Shown here: positions 11,264-20,859 of the stretch, one piece after another | Numbering within the stretch: position 1 is the stretch's first letter | How the letters are laid out: each line of letters starts with the position of its first letter | Origin: Thermoprotei archaeon | Lineage (GTDB): Archaea; Thermoproteota; Thermoprotei; Thermoproteales; B15-G16 | Direction: 5' to 3' | Length of the DNA: 64,000 nucleotides | NCBI GenBank assembly: GCA_003649205.1 | Contig: QMRC01000003.1 | Coordinates: 32,001-96,000 of the forward strand | Position numbers and translations under genes: made by a program | Notes under the pieces: model-generated | What the model was told of the DNA's origin: nothing | The model's database searches: none | What the model saw: only the letters and a program-made list of their open reading frames with translations

Positions 11264-11273
11264 AAGGAAAGCA

Positions 11274-12659
11274 CTACTTCAAAGGTCTAACTTTCTCAAA
11301 TAGCGCGTAGAAGAAACCAACAGTATTGTGTCTATGCGGCCAAGCTCTCATGGTACCAGGTAGGAAACCTGGATCAAAGGGACCATCTAGTGGAATTAAC
11401 CTTATGTATCCATTAAACTCCCTCAATATCTTCTTAACTAACTCCTCACCCTCCTCCGGAAAGATACTACACACAGTGTACAGAATTCTCCCACCAGGTT
11501 TAGCTAATCGAATAGCGACCCTAAGCATCTTAAGCTGCATCTCAGAAATCTCCCTAATCTTCTCCAATCTAAGCCTCCACCTAACTTCAGGATACTTATG
11601 GAGTGTTCCACTTGATGAACAGGGTGCATCGAGAAGTACTCTATCTGCAAATTCTTCACCAAGTATCTTAGGTGCTTTCAAGACATCTTCATGATAGATC
11701 TCGACATTCCTAACACCAAGTCTCTTCAATACATTTCTCATCTTATTTATCCTGAATTCATCCACATCAAAGGCATAGATCTTACCCTGATTCCTCATCA
11801 ACTCAGCCATGTGTGATGTCTTACCACCAGGAGCAGCGCACATATCCACAACAACATGACCAGGCTTAGGATCGAGAATTATTGAGGCAGCTGCTGAAGC
11901 ATCTTCCTGAGAAATGACTTTACCCTCACGCACTAGCCTACATTCATCGAACTTAAATGGTCCCTTAACCTTAACAACAGTTGGAACATACTTACTGACA
12001 ATAGGTTCCTTACCCATCCTCCTCAATTCCCTAATAACTTCCTCAACAGTAGCTTTCAGCGTATTAACTCTCAAACTAATGAGAGGTCTCTTATTGTACT
12101 TCTTAAACAACTCCTCTGCCTCTTCAGGTCCAAGTAGGTTCCTCACCCTCTCTATGAACCAAGCAGGTAGATTGTACTTCAGCTCAAGTTCCTCAATCTC
12201 GTTCTCCGGTACATACCTAAAATTCATCAAAATTCTATCAACTAGATCCCAGTACCAAGTACCAACGTATGGATGTGTAACCTCAGTTAAGAACTTAGCT
12301 ACACCATACTTCAACTCATGAAGTAGGCTATTTGATAGAGGATGATCGTTGAGAACTAATAGATACGTAGCTAGTCGGAGTGCTGCTCGTAGCCATGGAT
12401 CGAGGATGTAGATATTGGGTAGACCTGTAGCTCTGATGATTATCTTATCAACAATACCTAACCTCCTCATTACCTTGTAGAATATTGCTGTCAATATCCT
12501 ATCCTTAGACGTACCCAATATACCGTACCTACGAAATATCCTACGTTTAGCTTCTTGACTAGGATGTACGTACTCAGCTTCCTTTATAACCTCAACTAAA
12601 GCAGCTAAATCCCTCCTACTTATCCTAATCTTCTCTCTAACTGCACTACACGTAGACAT
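11274..12659 (-). CDS. RsmB/NOP2-family RNA m5C methyltransferase
   Basis: DMCAAPGGKT, LLDAPCSSSG, YTVCSIFPEE; NusB-like N-terminus. Confidence 0.93.
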   Translation of the reverse strand: MSTCSAVREKIRISRRDLAALVEVIKEAEYVHPSQEAKRRIFRRYGILGTSKDRILTAIFYKVMRRLGIVDKIIIRATGLPNIYILDPWLRAALRLATYLLVLNDHPLSNSLLHELKYGVAKFLTEVTHPYVGTWYWDLVDRILMNFRYVPENEIEELELKYNLPAWFIERVRNLLGPEEAEELFKKYNKRPLISLRVNTLKATVEEVIRELRRMGKEPIVSKYVPTVVKVKGPFKFDECRLVREGKVISQEDASAAASIILDPKPGHVVVDMCAAPGGKTSHMAELMRNQGKIYAFDVDEFRINKMRNVLKRLGVRNVEIYHEDVLKAPKILGEEFADRVLLDAPCSSSGTLHKYPEVRWRLRLEKIREISEMQLKMLRVAIRLAKPGGRILYTVCSIFPEEGEELVKKILREFNGYIRLIPLDGPFDPGFLPGTMRAWPHRHNTVGFFYALFEKVRPLK

Positions 12660-12715
12660 GTACTCCAAGAAAAGTAGTTCTTAGAGAATATGTTTGGAGA
12701 GGCTTAAACTCACTC

Positions 12716-13450
12716 TCATTCCAATGATGATGCGTGGTCGAGGATTAATGAGAGGTTACGTACGTAACGTACTATATCCATGAGCAATCTACGTAGATCA
12801 GTTAGAGAATTCAGTAACTTACACAAGGTATCGATCATTCTCCTTAGGTTATCGAGATACTGCTCGTAGAGTGTAGATACTACGTAATCGAGGAGATCTA
12901 CACTACATCGACAGGATATAGTGATTACAGCAGTTGAGCTATGAGGTGTTACATTGGTAGTGAGATTGAGGTACTGAACACCTCTCACATCTGGACGTAG
13001 ATTACCTAGATTTCTAGTGTAATAGTATAGCATTGACCCAACTAGATGATTCAAGCTATGGACTAGATCACTAACTCCCTCACCTTCTTCACAAGACAAA
13101 TCGATCCTAAAGCTAATCACCGTATTCGTGTCATTACAGGTTAGAGAGAACTTAACAACAATCACACTGCTAACAGTATGCACGACATCGATACTGGATA
13201 GAGTACCGTGAATTACGGTATCAGAACGAGGGTACAGAATAACTGCAATCAGCTTCTCAACATCGGAACAACATAGTGAAACCAATTCACGTAGTAACTT
13301 CACGTAGCTACTTAGCGAGAAGGCGAGACAGGAAGCTTCGAGAATAACCACTAATGTATCGTTACGGCGAATCACATTACGTAAATTCAACTGCAATGAG
13401 AGATCGAATAGAGACTTGAGCAGAGAATCCAACCTACTTCTCCCAGTCAT
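12716..13450 (-). CDS. Hypothetical protein
   Basis: 244-codon ORF filling the gap; no motif recognised. Confidence 0.5.
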   Translation of the reverse strand: MTGRSRLDSLLKSLFDLSLQLNLRNVIRRNDTLVVILEASCLAFSLSSYVKLLRELVSLCCSDVEKLIAVILYPRSDTVIHGTLSSIDVVHTVSSVIVVKFSLTCNDTNTVISFRIDLSCEEGEGVSDLVHSLNHLVGSMLYYYTRNLGNLRPDVRGVQYLNLTTNVTPHSSTAVITISCRCSVDLLDYVVSTLYEQYLDNLRRMIDTLCKLLNSLTDLRRLLMDIVRYVRNLSLILDHASSLE

Positions 13451-13465
13451 AATACAAGTAGTTTC

Positions 13466-13514
13466 TCAGCCCTGCGTGGTCTCTTCACTAATCTGCGTGT
13501 TTAGGACTCATCAC
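13466..13514 (-). ncRNA. Box C/D guide sRNA
   Basis: C GTGATGA, guide GTCCTAAACACG, D' CAGA, C' GTGAAGA, guide GACCACGCAGGG, D CTGA. Confidence 0.85.
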
Positions 13515-13548
13515 AGAGCAGAGAGACAGTATACGCATTAGTGAGGAA

Positions 13549-13598
13549 TCAGCAATCCCGGTCCGAACATCAATCATTCCCCTTTCGAGCTTCATCAC
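13549..13598 (-). ncRNA. Box C/D guide sRNA
   Basis: C GTGATGA, guide AGCTCGAAAGGGGA, D' ATGA, C' TTGATGT, guide TCGGACCGGGATTG, D CTGA. Confidence 0.8.
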
Positions 13599-13690
13599 CG
13601 CTAGAACCCTGTTAATCACGAAAATATATGTTTTACTACCTCAATAGAGGTGACTGAGGACTCAGGTTAAGTTACCTGTAGGTGATGTAG

Positions 13691-14413
13691 GTGTCGGAGA
13701 TCCTAGCTAAGCAGATTGCTACCTTCATTGCTGGTGACATAGTCCTCTCTGATGAACCCGGTAGGAGAATGAGGTATTGGAGAGAGTACTTTGGGGTATC
13801 TCAAAGTGAAGTAGCTACGAAAATGAGTACCTTACCCTCCGTCATAAGTGACTACGAGAGCTGTAGGAGGAAGTCACCTGGATCACACTTCATTAAGAGA
13901 TTTGTTGAGGCATTGATAACTATCGACTTGGAGAAGGGTGGTAGGAAGATCAATGAGTTAGCTAGTGTCGTCATTGGTGTTAGCTCAGCATTTAGGAGAG
14001 CAGTGCTAGATATGAGGGAGTTTACGAAGCCAATTACCATCGGCGAATTCTGTAGTGTAATTGATGCAGAACTTCACGTTGGTAGGGAATTCAGTGATGT
14101 TCACATCTACGGCTATACGGTAGTTGATAGCATGAAGCTAGTTCTGGAGGTACCCTCCTACGAATACCTTAGACTATACGGTAGGAGTACTCAGAGAGCA
14201 GCTATCTTCACCAATGTACGCTACGGTAGATCTCCACTAGTAGCGATCAAGGCCATGATGGCTATTTCAGGTCTTCGACCAGTACTAGTAGTACTTCATG
14301 GAATTAAGGAACCTGATGAACTAGGTATAGAGATAGCTAAACGTGAGAGTATACCACTTGCAACAACACTACTCCCACTTACAGACATGATCAAGAAGTT
14401 AAGAGGGGTGTAG
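13691..14413 (+). CDS. Archaeal XRE-type HTH transcriptional regulator (COG1709-like)
   Basis: IAGDIVLS, WRE.FGVSQ, SVISDYE, RAAIFTNV.YGRSPLVAIK. Confidence 0.88.
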   Translation: MSEILAKQIATFIAGDIVLSDEPGRRMRYWREYFGVSQSEVATKMSTLPSVISDYESCRRKSPGSHFIKRFVEALITIDLEKGGRKINELASVVIGVSSAFRRAVLDMREFTKPITIGEFCSVIDAELHVGREFSDVHIYGYTVVDSMKLVLEVPSYEYLRLYGRSTQRAAIFTNVRYGRSPLVAIKAMMAISGLRPVLVVLHGIKEPDELGIEIAKRESIPLATTLLPLTDMIKKLRGV

Positions 14414-14420
14414 AGATTTA

Positions 14421-15044
14421 GTGGCTAAGTACTACATGCTCCGTCGGCCAACAGGACAAGCTAGGTGGGATTACTTCCTACTGTACGTAGGTGCTAAACT
14501 GAAGAAATTTTACGTAGGTACCTACTACATACCTAAGTACCGTGTACTTGCACCAGTATTCAAACCATCACCGGGAACACCCCTAGACTTAAGAGCACTA
14601 GTTGAGGTACCTAGTGACATACTCGAGAATTCGTACAGGATGATATGTATTGAGTGTGGTTGGTGCTGTGAACGTGATTCTGGTGCTTTCGCTCTAGAGA
14701 ATGAAGTTAGAGATCTACCGCTACACCTAGTTGATAGACCACTTGACTGGAAGTGGGTTGATACGGTTATTGGCCCTGTTAAGGTGTATAGGCTAGATCT
14801 CGGTCCTGGTGGTAGATGCGTATTTTATAGCGATGGTAGGTGTTTAGTGCCTAGAGATCGAAAACCAATAATCTGTCTCATTCACTACTGTTCTCTCTAT
14901 GCAGAGATGAGAGGCAGAAAGTTCATTAAGGTTGGTGTTAGGAGAGTTGGAGGTCAGTATGAACCAATATACAGGGAGGTTAGTGATGAAGAGTTTGAAC
15001 TTATTAAGAACCGAGTACTGAGTAGACGTAGAGGTTCTAGGTAG
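14421..15044 (+). CDS. YkgJ-like cysteine-cluster protein
   Basis: CIECGWCC...CVFY...C...KPIIC pattern. Confidence 0.75.
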   Translation: MAKYYMLRRPTGQARWDYFLLYVGAKLKKFYVGTYYIPKYRVLAPVFKPSPGTPLDLRALVEVPSDILENSYRMICIECGWCCERDSGAFALENEVRDLPLHLVDRPLDWKWVDTVIGPVKVYRLDLGPGGRCVFYSDGRCLVPRDRKPIICLIHYCSLYAEMRGRKFIKVGVRRVGGQYEPIYREVSDEEFELIKNRVLSRRRGSR

Positions 15045-15046
15045 TC

Positions 15047-15095
15047 GTGATGAGTGGTATTACAGCGGACTGGTGAAGAAGCCCTCCGACACTGA
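15047..15095 (+). ncRNA. Box C/D guide sRNA (likely 16S helix 18)
   Basis: C GTGATGA, guide GTGGTATTACAG, D' CGGA, C' GTGAAGA, guide AGCCCTCCGACA, D CTGA. Confidence 0.85.
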
Positions 15096-15171
15096 TCAGC
15101 TCGATAACCAGCACATTGATAAATTAGTAAGTTTTATAGTGTTGCTATAGTTCTTAGCTAAGGGGTTTAGC

Positions 15172-15423
15172 ATGAGTGAGAGTGAGTTTGAGATACCTCT
15201 CTACTGTCCTGCCTGTGGTCTCTACCTCGGTAGAAAAAGTGTCCAGATAAGAATAGAGCCCTCAGCAGATGGCTCTGAATATCACGTAACTCTAACACTA
15301 ACTTATCCACTTTGTAAATACTGTGTCTCTAAGAAGGAGCTAAAGCTACTGGATAAAGATGAGGACGATATTAGGGAAAGTATAGTGGAAGACTTAAGAC
15401 GTAGACTATCTAGGACAGAGTAG
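15172..15423 (+). CDS. Small zinc-finger hypothetical protein
   Basis: CPAC...CKYC, 83 aa. Confidence 0.7.
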   Translation: MSESEFEIPLYCPACGLYLGRKSVQIRIEPSADGSEYHVTLTLTYPLCKYCVSKKELKLLDKDEDDIRESIVEDLRRRLSRTE

Positions 15424-15425
15424 TG

Positions 15426-15474
15426 ATGATGAAGGCCAGGAGTAGTGATCTATGATCTCTACTTCCGGCGCTGA
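15426..15474 (+). ncRNA. Box C/D guide sRNA overlapping the next ORF start
   Basis: C ATGATGA, guide AGGCCAGGAGTA, D' GTGA, degenerate C' ATGATCT, guide CTACTTCCGGCG, D CTGA. Confidence 0.72.
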
Positions 15475-16900
15475 CCATACTACATCCATAGTTAAAACCC
15501 TGAAGTTGCTACTTATCATCTCACCTCTAGTACTAGCTATTACAGCAGCAATACCATTAACCTACTGTAGCGAGAAACCCATTGCGTACCTTAAGGTGGG
15601 CATCACCTTCAAGGAAATAGGTCTAGTACCTGAACCTGTTGAGCTAACCGAGGTTAAAGATGCAGTACCTGTAACGGTAAAGTACATCGTTCTCTACATT
15701 AAGGTACTACATCCAGGAACAGAGGTGTGTTATCAGGTAACATTTAGAGAACAGAAGACAGGTACAGTGTTTGGCTTTTATGACAGCATAATACTACCCA
15801 AGGGCATTAGCGTTCTACACATAGTCGCAACTTATCCAATTGGCTCACCTGAAGCGGCAACAGTAACGTACTACTTAGTCAGTAAGAGAGGTGTAACAAA
15901 GAGTACTAAGATCATAGAGAGAGCAACACCGAGACCACTATTCCCTGGTGTATGGAATGTAACCTGTACTCTCTGGATTGGAAGTACAACATTAATGTTA
16001 ACATATAGCTTCAGGATAAGGAATCCGTACCTAGTACTCAAGTTCATTGATCAGCACGAGCTAGAGGTAGCAAATGTTACGGTAGTACTTGTAAAGGATG
16101 GTAAGGTTGTGTACAATGTAACTAATGTAGGTCCTGAGATTTGTCTTGAAGTTGAGAAAGGTAGGTACACAATACTAACGTACTACAAAGGCTCTCTTGT
16201 TGCAAAGAAGTTCGTAGTAGTTAATGGTGATTGTAAGTACAGTATTGTAGTACCTAGGTACAGATTAGTCCTCTTTATAAGAGATGCGCTTGGTAAGCTA
16301 GTTAAAGCTGATGAAGTTACAGTTAAGCGAGGTAATACCACAGTAGGTAAGTACAGGGATGTCGATACTGTTCTACTAGTTGATGAACCACCTGGAAAGT
16401 ACTGCTTCACTGTAGTATGTAGGTACCGTGATATAGGACGAGTAGTTAAGGTAGTTAAACACATTGAATTAAGGAGTTCACTTGTTGCAAATGTTTCACT
16501 ACCTCTCAACTACTTGAGGATAACGGCAAATACTATTACAGCACCACTAAGGGACTTTAGAGTGACCCTTTCAGTCATGCACAATAGAACATTGAGAGTA
16601 GTCTACAGTGGTTCAAACAAGCTAATAGGTCCTCTTCCACCTGGACCCTACATACTGACAATTAGGTATCTTGACTATGTTAAGGTACTCCATATAACAC
16701 TGCCAAGTGAGTGTAGAGGTGTTGTTGATGTGAACATTAACCTAGATGTTGTACTACCTGCACTTGGTAAGTGCTTTACAACCTTTGAACACACAACACT
16801 GACAATAGCATTAACGATATTATTAGTAACCATATGTATTGAGTTTGTAGGGTGGTTACGTCATGGTAGATACAAGGCTTCAGAGACCACGAGGCACTAG
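15452..16900 (+). CDS. Membrane-anchored surface protein with repeated beta-rich domains
   Basis: N-terminal hydrophobic segment, Val/Thr/Tyr-rich G.Y repeats, C-terminal TM helix; start uncertain. Confidence 0.65.
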   Translation: MISTSGADHTTSIVKTLKLLLIISPLVLAITAAIPLTYCSEKPIAYLKVGITFKEIGLVPEPVELTEVKDAVPVTVKYIVLYIKVLHPGTEVCYQVTFREQKTGTVFGFYDSIILPKGISVLHIVATYPIGSPEAATVTYYLVSKRGVTKSTKIIERATPRPLFPGVWNVTCTLWIGSTTLMLTYSFRIRNPYLVLKFIDQHELEVANVTVVLVKDGKVVYNVTNVGPEICLEVEKGRYTILTYYKGSLVAKKFVVVNGDCKYSIVVPRYRLVLFIRDALGKLVKADEVTVKRGNTTVGKYRDVDTVLLVDEPPGKYCFTVVCRYRDIGRVVKVVKHIELRSSLVANVSLPLNYLRITANTITAPLRDFRVTLSVMHNRTLRVVYSGSNKLIGPLPPGPYILTIRYLDYVKVLHITLPSECRGVVDVNINLDVVLPALGKCFTTFEHTTLTIALTILLVTICIEFVGWLRHGRYKASETTRH

Positions 16901-18179
16901 AGACTACTTACCACTTGATTGCTTCAAGAGAAGAGTAGTTATTGAGAGAATTAGGTCTGTCTTCGAGAGATTCGGTTATGGAGAAGTACTTACACCAGCA
17001 TTTGAGCATCTAGAGCTATTAGAGGCAAAAGCTGGTTCAGAGGTTAGGGAGCAAATTTACTGGTTTGAGGATAAGGCAGGTAGGAAGCTAGGTCTTAGAT
17101 TCGAGATGACTACACCAATAGCTAGGATTGTCGCTACAATGCCACACTTACCTAAGCCAATTAGGTTCTACTACATAGCACCTGTCTGGAGGTATGAAGA
17201 ACCTCAACTAGGTAGATTGAGGGAGTTCTGGCAAGCAGGTATCGAACTCATTGGTTCACCACATGTGGAAGCTGATGCTGAGGTAATAGCTGTTACCTGG
17301 TACTCACTTCGTGATGTAGGTCTTGAGGATGAGCGTATTGAGGTTAGGTTCAGTAGTAGAGCACTAGCTGATAGAATAAGCGATGCACTCAACATACCTA
17401 GAGAGCTACGTGAAGACTTCTATAGGTACATAGATAAGTACCACAGGTACGGTATTGAGTATGTTGTTAAGGGTTTAGAGTCGTTGGGTATTTCTAGAGA
17501 GAACATTGAGAAGGTTCGTGAATTATTGATGATAGAGGGTAGTAATGAGGAGAAAATTGAGCTTCTCGATAAGCTCTTTGGATCTACTATTCGAACTGAG
17601 TTAGAGAAAATTAGTACATTACTTGATTTATTGAAGTCGTACAATGTGAAGAATGTAGTGTTGGACTTAAGCATTGTAAGGGGGTTAGCTTACTACACAG
17701 GAACAGTATTTGAAGTCTACGTGAAGGGACAGGAGGATGTAGGTAGTATTGCAGGTGGTGGTAGGTACGACGACCTTATAGAGCTTGTTGGAGGTTCAAA
17801 CCTACCTGCGACAGGTATGGCCATTGGTATTGAGAGATTAATTGAGGTTCTCGAAAGGTTAGGTAAGTTACCAACAGATTATCCAAGACCTGTAGCTGCT
17901 GTAGTTACTCCTAAGATGGATCTGTACTCAAGATGTCTTGAGATAGCGAATCTCCTTAGACAACATGGTATACCCTGTATAGTTGACGTGATGAGGAGAA
18001 GTCTTAGGGCAAATCTCGAGTACGCAGTCAAGATCGGAGCTAAGTTTCTAGTAATAGTTGGTGAGAAGGAGCTTAAGCTAGGTAAAGTAGCTGTAAAGAA
18101 CCTTACAACAGGAAAACAGATGGAAGTAAGTATACATGAACTCCCTACCTTCCTAAAGAGGGATAACGTAGTGCTATAG
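16863..18179 (+). CDS. hisS: Histidine--tRNA ligase
   Basis: PRGTRD, LRFEMTTPIAR, RYEEPQLGRLREFWQ, RGLAYYTG, GGGRYD. Confidence 0.97.
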   Translation: MVDTRLQRPRGTRDYLPLDCFKRRVVIERIRSVFERFGYGEVLTPAFEHLELLEAKAGSEVREQIYWFEDKAGRKLGLRFEMTTPIARIVATMPHLPKPIRFYYIAPVWRYEEPQLGRLREFWQAGIELIGSPHVEADAEVIAVTWYSLRDVGLEDERIEVRFSSRALADRISDALNIPRELREDFYRYIDKYHRYGIEYVVKGLESLGISRENIEKVRELLMIEGSNEEKIELLDKLFGSTIRTELEKISTLLDLLKSYNVKNVVLDLSIVRGLAYYTGTVFEVYVKGQEDVGSIAGGGRYDDLIELVGGSNLPATGMAIGIERLIEVLERLGKLPTDYPRPVAAVVTPKMDLYSRCLEIANLLRQHGIPCIVDVMRRSLRANLEYAVKIGAKFLVIVGEKELKLGKVAVKNLTTGKQMEVSIHELPTFLKRDNVVL

Positions 18180-18196
18180 CTACACACTAAGCCCAC

Positions 18197-18511
18197 TCAC
18201 ACCTCCTCACTAAATCCTTCTTCACCGGTAAAGACTTCATAGGGATTCACATAACCATAACCTGGCACCACACCTAAGACATCACTTATTCTACCCCTCT
18301 CAACCATCTCCCTATACAATCTCCAAATTCGCTTAGCAGAAACCAACCCAGTAAAGAAACCCTTTTCCTCAAGTTTCTTCTTTACCTCATCAACAAAATC
18401 AAGTGGTGAAATCCAGGGTTTACTAGATAGCACCTCAACAATTACCTCAGCTATATCCTCGTTATGAGGATAAGCTCTTCTCCACCTACCTCCCTTCTTC
18501 CTACTACCCAT
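18197..18511 (-). CDS. Conserved crenarchaeal hypothetical protein
   Basis: KRIWRLYREMVERG.I.DVLGV pattern; 104 aa. Confidence 0.7.
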   Translation of the reverse strand: MGSRKKGGRWRRAYPHNEDIAEVIVEVLSSKPWISPLDFVDEVKKKLEEKGFFTGLVSAKRIWRLYREMVERGRISDVLGVVPGYGYVNPYEVFTGEEGFSEEV

Positions 18512-18703
18512 GACGTATCACAAGGTACTAAACTATAAGGATCTTATAAGGATAGCTCACAGCTAAAGTAAAGGTAGCATCAAATCACACATACATAGGT
18601 GCACGAGGATAGATTTTTTACTCCTCCATCTCTTCCACATAGTGAGATTACCAATAGGTTACTAACACCACATCTCAGTACAGCAGCTGTAGATGTGATG
18701 TAG

Positions 18704-19222
18704 ATGAGTAATACAGAAGTAGCTCATGAATACGTACCATGGAGGTGGGTAAAGTACTGGCACTGTGTTAGGTGCGGTAAGTGCTGTATAAAGTTTCTAG
18801 TACCACTCTACCCCCATGAAGCACTCTACTACATCATGAAGTACGGTCCTGTAGTTGAGGAAAGAAATGGTAAATTCTACCTAAGATCCAAACCAGATGG
18901 CTCATGTGTATTTCTTGAGAGAACTCCTCTAGGTTACCGCTGTAGTATATACCTTGAACGTCCAATAGTGTGTAGGTGCTATCCATTCTACGTGACGGAT
19001 AAGCCACTTGGTGTAGTAGATTCCCGTGATGAGGATGCCGTATACGTGTACCGTAGTCCACTTGGTAAGTCAATTAAGGTTTACGTCTATATTGATAAGG
19101 TGTGCAGTGGTATTGGTCGTGGTATCCCTCTTGAAATCATTATACCGAAGATCGTCTCTGAGTGGATTACAGTTCTAAGACTCTATAGGATACATAGAGA
19201 TTTGAGACTCTACTCCACCTAA
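18704..19222 (+). CDS. YkgJ family cysteine-cluster protein
   Basis: CVRCGKCC, CVFL, CSIYLERPIVCRCYPF. Confidence 0.85.
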   Translation: MSNTEVAHEYVPWRWVKYWHCVRCGKCCIKFLVPLYPHEALYYIMKYGPVVEERNGKFYLRSKPDGSCVFLERTPLGYRCSIYLERPIVCRCYPFYVTDKPLGVVDSRDEDAVYVYRSPLGKSIKVYVYIDKVCSGIGRGIPLEIIIPKIVSEWITVLRLYRIHRDLRLYST

Positions 19223-19573
19223 TTCCTTAAGTGCTCTCTTCAGTAAGGTCCATAGTCGTCTAGACTTCTTCCTTAGGACAGCAGTCGGTAGTTTTCCATA
19301 GATCTCGGTGATGAGATTGTCAAGCTCAGTAGGATTAATGTACTTCACATTTCTGTATTCGACAATGCACAATCCTCTAGAACTAGCTTCGATGCAAAAC
19401 CTTATGGAAGTGGGTAAGCCTCTAACTATAGTACTCACCTCATCGACTATAATGAACTTACGAGTACTAGGTAGTAGCTCTCTGAGTACGGTATGGTCTA
19501 TAGTGAGTAGTGCTCTGTAGGTGGATAGTATCTTACTGATGTATGTATGACGTCTATCTAGGTGGTGGTTCAT
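19175..19573 (-). CDS. Hypothetical protein
   Basis: ORF overlapping the end of the GTPase gene; no motif. Confidence 0.5.
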   Translation of the reverse strand: MNHHLDRRHTYISKILSTYRALLTIDHTVLRELLPSTRKFIIVDEVSTIVRGLPTSIRFCIEASSRGLCIVEYRNVKYINPTELDNLITEIYGKLPTAVLRKKSRRLWTLLKRALKELGGVESQISMYPIES

Positions 19574-20336
19574 AGTAGTACACTAGTTTACCTCTCTGCC
19601 AATCCCTAATTAAACTCCTTGCAGCTTCCTCAAGATTTAGTTTACCACCCTTAAGGAGGAAGCCTCTTCTCCTTGCATAGTTCTCCAGTATCTCCATGGG
19701 TTCACTACCTTCAACTCCTAGACAAGTCTTAAATGCATCTGGTGTGTACTTCAGTACCTTACCTATTAGCTCAAGTGCTATGGGGACAGGATCGTCTATC
19801 TCCTCAGGTGGTACCATGCACCTCAACACGACATCAGCATTCTCTGATGGTATTGGTACGACACCTGGGGTATCGATTACTATTAGCCACGTGTGTATGC
19901 GAACAATCTGCTCACCTCTAGTCCAGCCAGGTACAGGTGATGTTGGTGCTGAGTACCTACCCTTGAGTACATTTATTATTGTTGACTTACCGACATTTGG
20001 GTACCCAACAATAGCTACCTTAACAGGTAATCTAGGTGCAACAGCCTTAATAGCTATCCTGAGCTTACGTGTACCTTTCCTCTCCTTAGCGCTGATGTAC
20101 ACGGTAGGGTGCTCCTGACTAAGATATTCCTTCCACTTCTCAACTACGTCACGAGGTATTAGATCTGCCTTATTGATCACTATGATTAGTTGCTTACCCA
20201 ATCTACGAACAGTATTCTCAACTTCTCTACACCTAGTAACCTCAGGATCTCTAGCATCAACTACCTCAAGAACGACATCCGCATCATCGATAACCCTCCT
20301 AACTCTCCTCCAGTACTCCCTAGCTGTTGCGCTCAT
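19554..20336 (-). CDS. Circularly permuted ribosome-biogenesis GTPase (YlqF/RbgA/Nog2 family)
   Basis: DARDP, G4 NKAD and G5 SAK precede G1 GYPNVGKS and G3 DTPG. Confidence 0.93.
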   Translation of the reverse strand: MSATAREYWRRVRRVIDDADVVLEVVDARDPEVTRCREVENTVRRLGKQLIIVINKADLIPRDVVEKWKEYLSQEHPTVYISAKERKGTRKLRIAIKAVAPRLPVKVAIVGYPNVGKSTIINVLKGRYSAPTSPVPGWTRGEQIVRIHTWLIVIDTPGVVPIPSENADVVLRCMVPPEEIDDPVPIALELIGKVLKYTPDAFKTCLGVEGSEPMEILENYARRRGFLLKGGKLNLEEAARSLIRDWQRGKLVYYYEPPPR

Positions 20337-20815
20337 ACTAAACCCCTACTCCTCACATAATCCCTCAAACAGAACCTCAACCTAGTTAAGTACTTCTTCG
20401 TAATCCTCCTTCTCGTTCTCACCAACGCAATATACCTACCACCTTCATCAACAGAAACAGCAATAACTCTTTCCCTACCAAGATCGAGAACGAAGTCCCT
20501 AGCAGTAACATCGAATTCTCTCACAGCTGTGTACAGCATGTAGAGAGAACTCGCTTCTCTACCTACATCACCGTGCGTGAGAGCCTCGATGACGCTACCT
20601 TCGTAGTTCAGTATGAACACTGCATCCAGACCGTAGGTATGAGCTATCGAGTATAGATCAGCACCGTAGGGTACTAGACTCGGGATCAACTTTTCAAGTA
20701 TATTGAGTACATGCCTCCTCAACTGCTTCACTATCACCAGCACTAGAACTACCACTACGATAGTAATTACTAGCATAGGTAGCAAGTAGTTCCCCAGTGA
20801 GATTACACACATCAC
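20333..20815 (-). CDS. Membrane-anchored protein with possible roadblock/profilin-like domain
   Basis: N-terminal TM helix; AVFILNYEGSVI...helix...beta meander; ATGA overlap with the GTPase gene. Confidence 0.55.
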   Translation of the reverse strand: MMCVISLGNYLLPMLVITIVVVVLVLVIVKQLRRHVLNILEKLIPSLVPYGADLYSIAHTYGLDAVFILNYEGSVIEALTHGDVGREASSLYMLYTAVREFDVTARDFVLDLGRERVIAVSVDEGGRYIALVRTRRRITKKYLTRLRFCLRDYVRSRGLV

Positions 20816-20859
20816 TTTATTACCCTCTCTCCCTAATCACAAGACATGAGGTAGACACA

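Noticed and set aside
18545-18610. C/D-like boxes on the minus strand (GTGA, TTGATGC, CTGT)
   Set aside because: Too degenerate, with no C box.
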